Assembly (NCBI GenBank): GCA_963775425.1
Contig: CAVZJB010000005.1
Location: 512,001 to 576,000, forward strand
Source of the DNA: an uncultured delta proteobacterium
GTDB taxonomy: Bacteria > Myxococcota > UBA727 > VGSZ01
Direction: 5' to 3'
DNA: 64,000 bases
A program made the translations under genes and the position numbers. The notes beneath the pieces are model-generated. The model had not been told where the DNA came from. It saw only the letters and a list, made by a program, of their open reading frames with translations, and searched no databases. This document shows positions 54,746-64,000 of this stretch, piece after piece. How positions within the stretch are numbered: the first letter of the stretch is position 1; each line of letters opens with the position of its first letter.

Positions 54746-56752
54746 ATGCCGGTCCGCGGGATCCCCAGGCGCGTGCCCCAGAAGGTGTCGTCGCCGCACG
54801 TCGAGCACGTCGCGCCGCATGTCGCGCCGCACGTCGAGCCGAAGGCCATCGGCGCAGGGCCGGGGCACCGGCCGACGCTCCCGGTCACCGGCAACGACGA
54901 GCCGCGCGATCGGGCGTTCGCGTCGGTGGGCATCCACCCCGCCGGTCACAAGAGCCCCGCGCTCGATCTCGAGGCCATCCTCGCGGCGCCCGAGGATCGC
55001 AGGGACACGCTCCTGTGGCGCTTCATCGGCAACGCCGCGCTGCGCGCGGGCCTCGCGCTCGGCGCGAGCCAGACCCGGCTGCCGGCGTCGCTGACGGTCA
55101 CGAGGCCCGGGCTGCGCATGAGCACCGACGACGGGCGCGTCGTCGTCGTCACGCTCGACGGCGAGACCCGCGCGATCGATACGGTCGCCGCCCACGCCGG
55201 CGACGCCGCCTTCGCCTTGCGCGCGCTCGATCGCGCCCTGGTGCGTGACGGCGAGGTCGACGCCGGCGCCGCCGCGTTCTTCCTGCCGCTGTTCGGCCCC
55301 GACGGCGCCTTCGTGCGCGGACGCGCGCGCGGGCTCCCCGACGACGCCCTGTTCGCGCGCCCCAAGCTCGTGTGCTGGGACTTCAACGGCACCGTCGAGC
55401 GCTTCGACGACGGCCGCACGCGCGCCGATCTCCCGGGCAGCACGGCGTGCCTGCGGCGGCGCGGCGGCGTGTGCGTGCTCACCACGACGATGCGGCCCGA
55501 GAAGCCGGAGCTCTTCCTCGAGAGCCACGGCGTCTCTTTCGTCGCGCACTACGGTGACAAGCAGGTCCGCCCGACGAGCGGGAACAAGGCGTACGCCGGC
55601 GTCGCGCGCGCCCACGGCGTCGATCCCGCGGAGGCCCGGCACGTCATGGCCGTCTTCGGCGACAGCCGGACCGACGCGCCGCAGGACCTGCCCGGCGTGC
55701 TCTTCTTCCACAACGACGCCGCCACGCCCGCGCCCGCCGTCGAGCTGCTCCTCGCGGAGCTCGACCGCCGCGGGCGCGGCTCCCTCGCCGACGGGCTCGT
55801 CGCGCTGCTCGACGGGCTCCCGGCCACCGGGGAGAACAAGCGCGCGTCGGTGGGGCCCGTCTCCTTCGTCGTGGAGCTGAGAGACACCGGCACGCCCGAC
55901 GCGCCGTGCCTCGTCCCCACGGTGCACGAAGTCGCAGTGCACCACACCGTCGACGAGCTCGTCCGCGTGCTCCGGAAGATGCCGCCGCCGAGCAAGCTCG
56001 ACGCGCGCGCGCTCTACCGCCTCGCGCTCGAGGATCTCGCCGACGGCTTCCCCCTCGCGGACGTCCCCGCGGTGCTCCGCGGCGTGGCGGGCCACCGCGG
56101 TGCGCGCGCCGTGCGCGCCGCCGTAAACCGCCGTCTCGCGTGGCACGACGAGGCGACGGCGCGCGCGCGCGAAGAGCTGCTCGACAAGACGCCCCCGTGG
56201 GTGCGCAAGCCCACCGCCGTCGACGACCTCCTGCGCCGGCTGCGCGCGCTCGTCGAGCTCGGCGATCCGGCGCTGGCGTCGCGCGCCCAGGCCGTCGCGC
56301 GCGAGCTCGTCGACGACGCGAGCGCGGCCGAGCGCGACATGCTCGCGTCCATCGCCGCGCACGCGCGCAGCTTGCGCGCGCACGTGAAGAAGGCGCAGAA
56401 GGCGGCGCTGCCGCTGGCGCCGGGGGCGCCGCCGCCGGACCCGCGCATCCCGCTCCTCGAGGCGGTCGCTCGCGACCCCGTGCCGTACGACCCCGAGCGA
56501 CAGGCGCAGCAGATCGAAGCGATCGACGCGATCCTGACGAGCGGCCCGCTCGTCGGGAGCGCGCCGCTCCTCAAGCGCATCCTCGAACGGCTCGACGAGA
56601 AGCTGCCCAAGGAGCGCAAGACCCTCCGCAAGCGCTTCGCCGCGCGCCGCGATCGAGCCGACGAGATCCTGGCTGCGGCCGCCGGCGCCGACGACGTCGC
56701 CGCGCGTACGCCCACCGCGCTCGAGGCGGTGCGCGAGGCGCTCGAGCGCTGA
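54746..56752 (+). CDS. Hypothetical protein with central HAD-like domain
   Basis: LVCWDFNGTV (motif I), LTTT (II), K, VFGDSRTD (IV); helical C-terminus. Confidence 0.6.
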   Translation: MPVRGIPRRVPQKVSSPHVEHVAPHVAPHVEPKAIGAGPGHRPTLPVTGNDEPRDRAFASVGIHPAGHKSPALDLEAILAAPEDRRDTLLWRFIGNAALRAGLALGASQTRLPASLTVTRPGLRMSTDDGRVVVVTLDGETRAIDTVAAHAGDAAFALRALDRALVRDGEVDAGAAAFFLPLFGPDGAFVRGRARGLPDDALFARPKLVCWDFNGTVERFDDGRTRADLPGSTACLRRRGGVCVLTTTMRPEKPELFLESHGVSFVAHYGDKQVRPTSGNKAYAGVARAHGVDPAEARHVMAVFGDSRTDAPQDLPGVLFFHNDAATPAPAVELLLAELDRRGRGSLADGLVALLDGLPATGENKRASVGPVSFVVELRDTGTPDAPCLVPTVHEVAVHHTVDELVRVLRKMPPPSKLDARALYRLALEDLADGFPLADVPAVLRGVAGHRGARAVRAAVNRRLAWHDEATARAREELLDKTPPWVRKPTAVDDLLRRLRALVELGDPALASRAQAVARELVDDASAAERDMLASIAAHARSLRAHVKKAQKAALPLAPGAPPPDPRIPLLEAVARDPVPYDPERQAQQIEAIDAILTSGPLVGSAPLLKRILERLDEKLPKERKTLRKRFAARRDRADEILAAAAGADDVAARTPTALEAVREALER

Positions 56753-56830
56753 AAGGCTGACGAAAAACAAGGCTCGTCGCAGCACTCGGCGAAGCCGCCC
56801 ACAAGGTGGCTCGCCGCGCGGAGTACGTGG
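56749..56830 (+). repeat. Dispersed stem-loop element, copy 1
   Basis: Near-identical to 59431-59506; core GCACTCGGCGAnGCCGCCCACAAGGTGGCTCGCCGCGCGGAGTACGTGG. Confidence 0.8.
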
Positions 56831-56999
56831 TCCGCCCGGTATCGCAGCAGCGCCTCGGGCCCCCCGTGGGCGCCTCGCCGCAGCCGCACGCGACACCGAT
56901 CACGAGCCCTCCGAGCGACACCCAATTCCGCGTCATGAGACCTCCGCCTCGGGGAACGCAAGGGGCGGGCCATGTCGTCGGCGGTGGCGTGCGTGTGGC

Positions 57000-58073
57000 T
57001 CAGCGGCGGCCGCGCAGAGCGAGCCCGCGCGCGGCGGCCGCCGCTTCCACGGGGCGCGCGATGACGACGTCGCGGCCGGCGGCGCGCCCGAGGTGGTGGG
57101 CCGCGTCGACGACGGCGCTCACCCGTGTGGCGGCGAGGCGCGGGTGCTCGCGGCGCACGAAGGCGCGCAGGTCGGCGTCGCCGAGCCACACGAGGCCCTG
57201 CTCCTGCCGCGCCTCGCTCTCCTTGCGCAGCTTGTCGGAGACGCCCGAGACGAAGCCGACGAGGAAGCGCCGCCGATCGGCGCCGCGCAGGCGCTCGTGC
57301 TCGGCGAAGGCGCGCTCGCCGGCGCCGACGAGGAACGCGTAGACCCACTCGGCCATCGCGAGGTTCTCCGCGGTGCCCGACAGCTCGACGACGAACGCTT
57401 CGCGCCCGGCGTCGGGGACGTACGCGCGCGCGATGACCACCTCCACGAAGTAGTGCCGCGCCAGAAGGCCCGCGAGCATCTTCTCGTGCGCCTGCAGGCG
57501 AAAGCGCGGCGCGCCGATGCGGCGCCGGTGATACGCGCGCGCCCCGGCCCGCTCGAGCGCGACCACGTTGTGCTCGAGCATCAAGCGCTGCGCGGCGTTG
57601 GCGGCGGCGTCCGCCTCGTGCGGGTTGTCGCTCGCGGCGAGCGCCAGCAGCTTCTGCACCCGACGCATCACGCGCGCGGCGTCGTCCCCCACGGCGCCGG
57701 TCCCGCCGTCGTCGTCGTCGACCGGCACGCCCGCGGCGCGCGCGTCGATGCCGCGCTGGCGGCACACCTCGGCGAACGCGGGGCCGTGCGCGGTCTCGTC
57801 GAGCACGCCGAGCACCTCGTCGACGTATTGGTGTGCCATCTCGTGCTTCAGCACGCCGCGCACGACGTGCCACGGCTTCTCGCGCGCGAGCGGCAGCGAG
57901 ATGGCCACCGCACGCTCGGCGCGCCGCCACTGGCCGAGGCGCCCCTGCGTGTCCTCGAGCACGAGCACGGGCGGCAGCATGCCGCCGCGAAACAGGGCCG
58001 CGTTCAGCGCGCGCCACTCGCCCTGGAGCGCCTCGAGGAGCAGGGCCTCGAGCTCGTGGGTCCATTCGGTCAC
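57000..58073 (-). CDS. SprT-like (HExxH) + DUF2786 domain protein
   Basis: LNAALF, VLKHEMAHQYV, HGPAF; RVQKLLALAASDNPHEADAAANAAQRLM. Confidence 0.8.
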   Translation of the reverse strand: MTEWTHELEALLLEALQGEWRALNAALFRGGMLPPVLVLEDTQGRLGQWRRAERAVAISLPLAREKPWHVVRGVLKHEMAHQYVDEVLGVLDETAHGPAFAEVCRQRGIDARAAGVPVDDDDGGTGAVGDDAARVMRRVQKLLALAASDNPHEADAAANAAQRLMLEHNVVALERAGARAYHRRRIGAPRFRLQAHEKMLAGLLARHYFVEVVIARAYVPDAGREAFVVELSGTAENLAMAEWVYAFLVGAGERAFAEHERLRGADRRRFLVGFVSGVSDKLRKESEARQEQGLVWLGDADLRAFVRREHPRLAATRVSAVVDAAHHLGRAAGRDVVIARPVEAAAAARGLALRGRR

Positions 58074-58200
58074 CTCGCCGTGATGCCCGATGGAGGCCGC
58101 CGACTCAAGAGCCGCACGGAGGCCGCCGGCTCCGGTGTCTCCCGCCGGCGGCCCGGACGGATCCTTTCGGCGGCGGGGGGCGCGTTCTAGGATCGGGCGG

Positions 58201-59436
58201 ATGGCCGCGAAGCCAAAGGCGCCGTCGGTGACGCTCTCCCTCGGGGGAAACGACGTCGTCGTCTCCCACCCCGAGAAGGTCTACTTCCCACAAGCGAACG
58301 TCACCAAGCTCGAGCTGGTGCAGTACTACGTCGACGTCGCCGAGGGCGCGCTGCGCGGGATCCGCGGACGTCCCATGGTGCTCCGGCGCTTCGTGCACGG
58401 CATCGAGGGCGAGCCCTTCTTCCAAAAGCGCGCGCCGCCCAAGCTCCCGCCGTTCCTGCGCACGGCGCAATTCCGCTACGCCTCCGGCGGCGTCGCCGAC
58501 GAGATCGTGGTCGACGACGTCGCGGGCCTCGCGTGGGTGGTGAACCTCGGCTGCGTCGAGATGCACGCGCACCCGCTGCGCGCCGACGACCTCGAGCACC
58601 CCGACGAGCTGCGCGTCGATCTCGATCCGGTCCCGGGCGTCTCCTTTCGTCAGGTGCTCGACGTCGCCAAGGTGGTGCACGAGGTGCTCGACGACATGGG
58701 GCTCACCGGGTGGCCCAAGACCACGGGCTCCCGCGGCGTGCACGTGTGGGTGCGCATCCAACGGCTCTGGGGCTTCAACGACGTGCGCCGCGCGGGCCTC
58801 GCCATCGCGCGCGAGGTGGAGCGGCGCGCGCCGACCATCGCGACCTCCAGGTGGGCCAAGGAGGAGCGGCACGGCGTCCTCGTCGACTACAACCAGAACG
58901 CCAAGGACCGCACCACCGCCAGCGCATACTCCGTGCGCCCCGTGCCCGACGCGCGCGTGTCCATGCCGCTCACGTGGGAGGAGCTCGACGCGTGCGACCC
59001 CGCGGACTTCACGCTGCGCACGGTGCCCGCGCTCCTCGAAAAAAACGGCGACGCCCACGCCGCCATCGACGAGGAGGTCTTCTCGCTCGACAAGCTCCTC
59101 GAGCTGGCGGACACGCTCGATCCCCCGAAGTCGCGCGGGAAGCGCGCGCCGAAGGAGCGCTTGCCGCTCATCACGGTCGCCCAGGCCAAGCACAAGCCGG
59201 ACGTGCTCGCGGGCCTCGAGCGCTGGAAGGCGCGCTGGCCCCAGGTGTTCGCGCTGCTCGCCGCCGAGGACGTCCTCGTCGACGCCAACCGCGGTCGCTC
59301 CTCCGCGTGGTATCGCGTGCGCATCAACCTCAAGTCGGTGCCGCCGGAGCAGCGGCCGCCGCAGGAGACGCCGGATCCCGACTACGACCCGAGCGACGAC
59401 TGGGCCCGCGTCAAGGACGCCCCGCGCGCGCGCTGA
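58201..59436 (+). CDS. Stand-alone LigD-type primase-polymerase (PolDom)
   Basis: SHPEKVYFP, TKLELVQYY, FFQKRAP, PDELRVDLDP, PKTTGSRGVHV, VDYNQN, SAYSVRP. Confidence 0.9.
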   Translation: MAAKPKAPSVTLSLGGNDVVVSHPEKVYFPQANVTKLELVQYYVDVAEGALRGIRGRPMVLRRFVHGIEGEPFFQKRAPPKLPPFLRTAQFRYASGGVADEIVVDDVAGLAWVVNLGCVEMHAHPLRADDLEHPDELRVDLDPVPGVSFRQVLDVAKVVHEVLDDMGLTGWPKTTGSRGVHVWVRIQRLWGFNDVRRAGLAIAREVERRAPTIATSRWAKEERHGVLVDYNQNAKDRTTASAYSVRPVPDARVSMPLTWEELDACDPADFTLRTVPALLEKNGDAHAAIDEEVFSLDKLLELADTLDPPKSRGKRAPKERLPLITVAQAKHKPDVLAGLERWKARWPQVFALLAAEDVLVDANRGRSSAWYRVRINLKSVPPEQRPPQETPDPDYDPSDDWARVKDAPRAR

Positions 59437-59506
59437 AGGGCTGACGAGCTCGTAGCGGCACTCGGCGACGCCGCCCACAAGGTGGCTCGCCGCGCGGAGT
59501 ACGTGG
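59431..59506 (+). repeat. Dispersed stem-loop element, copy 2
   Basis: Direct-orientation copy of 56749-56830, also starting at a TGA stop. Confidence 0.8.
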
Positions 59507-59705
59507 CGAGGCACGTCGGCGCGCAAGAACCGCTGCAGGTTGTGGGAGACGGCGGGTCCAAGCGGTGTTGTGATCCCGCTCTCAGCGCGCGTGGCGGGCC
59601 GGGTGCGCGCCGACGTGCCTCGACAGAGCGCCGCGGACTTGATCGGGATCATGGTGTGCGCCCGATGCGGGTTCAACGCGGCCCGCGCCCGGGCTATGCG
59701 CGGGC

Positions 59706-61978
<2,273 letters not shown>

Positions 61979-61982
<4 letters not shown>

Positions 61983-62704
61983 TCGCGCTCGCCCTCCTCG
62001 TCGCCGCCGCCGCCGCTCCCAACGAGTCCGACGCGCACCTGATGGTGGAGATCGTCGCCACCGCCGCCCAGCGCGACGGCGTCGAGGTCATCTCGCAAGG
62101 CGACGTCAAGCGCGCCGCCAGCCTCGACGCCGAGCGCCAGCTCGCCGGCGACTGCAGCGAGTCCTGCATGTCGGAGGTGGCCGCGGCCATGGGCGCGCGC
62201 ATGGTCCTCGACGTCACGCTCGGCACCCTCGCCGACGACGTGGTCGCCACCGTCAACCTCTACGACACCGGCGAAGCCAAGAGCCAGCGCCGCGTGGTGC
62301 GCGCCGACAGCGTGCCCGACCTCGTGCCGCTCACCGAGCAGGCGGTGAAGGAGACCGTGGCCGCCGCCACGGCCAGGAAGCCGCCGAGCGCCACGTGGAA
62401 GCTGCTCGTCCTCGACGTCAAGCTGCAGGTCCAGGACCAAGCGCCCCCGCCGGTCCTCGGCATCGCCGGCGGCGTCGCCCTCGGCGCCGGCGTCCTCGCC
62501 GCCGGCGCCGGCGCAATCCTCGACCTCGCGAGCGTCGGCGCCTCCGACGAGGCCAACGCCAAACAGACCCCCGCGGCCCTCGCCGTGCAGCGGCGCGGCG
62601 ACAGCGACGCCCTCGCCACCGGCGCCCTCGTCTCCTACGCCGCCGGCGGCGTGCTCGTCGTCGCCGGCGCCGGCCTCCTCGTGGCCCAGCTCGCCGGGGA
62701 GTGA
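61979..62704 (+). CDS. Hypothetical membrane protein
   Basis: GTGA overlap with upstream gene; CSESCMSEVAAAMGA motif; two C-terminal Gly/Ala-rich hydrophobic helices. Confidence 0.65.
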
Positions 62705-62754
62705 CGCCGGCGCCCACGCCCGCGCGCGGCTTTCGTTGTGCGACGCTCGGCCGG

Positions 62755-64000
62755 CTACCACCGGGCGCGCGGCGGTGATGTGCCGCTCTCGAAGAGCGCG
62801 CGCGCGGCGCGAAACAGCGCGCTCGACGGCGCCGCCGCTCTACGCCAGCTCGCCGCTGGGTCCTCGCCGTGATCGGCGAGCATCTCGGCCCAGAGCGGCT
62901 CGATGAAGGCGTAGGTGACGAAGCGCTCGAGATCGTGAAAGCGGTCGAGGCCGCGCGGGGTGAGAGTGACGAGGCCACCGTCGCCGTGCGCCCAGCCGGC
63001 GGCGACGGCGCCCGACGCGAGCGCGCGGACGAGGCGCGCCGGCGTCGCACCGAACGCGTCGCGCACGGCGCCTACGTCGAGGCGCCCCGCGTACGTCCGC
63101 CAGAAGGCGGCGTACAGCGCGGCGACGGCGGGCGGCAGCGCGAACGCGCGCGCGATCGGCGCGGCGCCGGCCTCGACCCGGGCCAGGTAGGGCTCGAGGG
63201 CGAACTCGTTCACGAGGAAGGAGCGGCCGGTGAAAGACGCGCTCCCCGCGCCGAGGCCGAGGAACAGCGGGCGCGTGATGGAGCTGTACGAGGGGGCCCC
63301 GCGGCGTCCGAAGGTCCACACCGAGCGCCGCTCGTAGCCGTGGGCGGCGGCGAGCGCCTCGGCGCGCGCGAGCGCCGCGTGCTCGAGGCGCGCGGTGTGC
63401 GCAGCCTTGCCGAAGGGCGTGAAGCCGAAGCGCATCAGGGGATAGGCGGAGACCTGCTCGACACCGAACGAGAAGGCGCGCTCGACGTCGTCGAGGAACA
63501 CCTGCTCGTGTGTGGTTGCCACGTCGAAGATGAGGTCGACGTCGACGCACGCGAAGCGGCCGGCCGCGGCCTCCAGCGCGCGCAGGTTGTCCTGCGCGGT
63601 GGTCGGCCGGGCGAGCCGGCGGAGCGCGTCGTCGTCGAAGGACTGGATCCCGAGGCTGACGTGCGTGAAACCCATGCCGCGAAGGACGTCGAGGCGCTCC
63701 GGCGTCGCGTGCGTGGGGAGCACCTCGATGGCGCGCTCTCCGTCGACGCGCAGCGCGCGCAGGGCACGCTCGAGCAGCTCGAGGTGAAGCGTAGGCGTGC
63801 CGCCGCCGACGTAGAGGGACGTGAACGGCCGGCGCATCGCGGCGCCGTACGCCTCGGCCTCGCGGGTCAGCGCCGCGAAGTAGCGCGCCGCCCGCGCGTC
63901 GTCGTCGCGCACCTTGTTGTAGGGGCAGAAGGGACAGATGCGCGTGCAGAACGGCACATGCACGTAGGCGCCAAACGGTCCGGGAAACGCTGCGATGACG
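62755..64000 (-). CDS. HemN-like radical SAM protein (5' end beyond window)
   Basis: AYVHVPFCTRICPFCPY (CxxxCxxC), YVGGGTPT, SLGIQSF, VDLIF, LGLGAGSAS; frame open to the right edge. Confidence 0.88.
   Translation of the reverse strand, partial: VIAAFPGPFGAYVHVPFCTRICPFCPYNKVRDDDARAARYFAALTREAEAYGAAMRRPFTSLYVGGGTPTLHLELLERALRALRVDGERAIEVLPTHATPERLDVLRGMGFTHVSLGIQSFDDDALRRLARPTTAQDNLRALEAAAGRFACVDVDLIFDVATTHEQVFLDDVERAFSFGVEQVSAYPLMRFGFTPFGKAAHTARLEHAALARAEALAAAHGYERRSVWTFGRRGAPSYSSITRPLFLGLGAGSASFTGRSFLVNEFALEPYLARVEAGAAPIARAFALPPAVAALYAAFWRTYAGRLDVGAVRDAFGATPARLVRALASGAVAAGWAHGDGGLVTLTPRGLDRFHDLERFVTYAFIEPLWAEMLADHGEDPAASWRRAAAPSSALFRAARALFESGTSPPRARW

Noticed and set aside
56757-56830. Hammerhead ribozyme (CTGACGA in both repeat copies)
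   Set aside because: No stem II followed by GAAA and no stem I/III pairing found.

Overview
GC-rich, gene-dense bacterial window; the gene content (CarF, FHA proteins, (GE)n lipoproteins) suggests a Myxococcota-like organism, which is inference. I call about 44 CDS; most other ORF-track entries are antisense or shifted-frame shadows. No rRNA, tRNA, CRISPR or transposase was seen. The main feature is a ~21 kb mostly co-oriented redox cluster (6841-28227) with 41 canonical CxxCH motifs over five proteins. It includes a 9(+1)-heme lipoprotein with LVIVD repeats, a probable outer-membrane beta-barrel, a nonaheme c7-type cytochrome and a 3xLysM/14-heme cytochrome. It also includes a PQQ sugar dehydrogenase-diheme fusion, a probable diheme b membrane protein, a 2xFHA/heptaheme/polyproline protein and a cytoplasmic 2x cNMP-binding/4x[4Fe-4S] protein. 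Together these look like a cytoplasm-to-surface electron conduit coupled to cyclic-nucleotide and phosphothreonine signalling. The rest of the window holds fatty-acid and ether-lipid genes (two acyl-CoA dehydrogenases, fadIJ, carF, an AGMO-like gene), with a shared TTGAC-N6-GTCAA palindrome before the beta-oxidation genes. It also has a TonB-dependent uptake operon lacking ExbD, ArsR/SRPBCC pairs, an LNR-like Cys-rich lipoprotein, and a duplicated hairpin element flanking an SprT/DUF2786 gene and a LigD polymerase gene. All calls come from reading motifs by eye; no searches were run.
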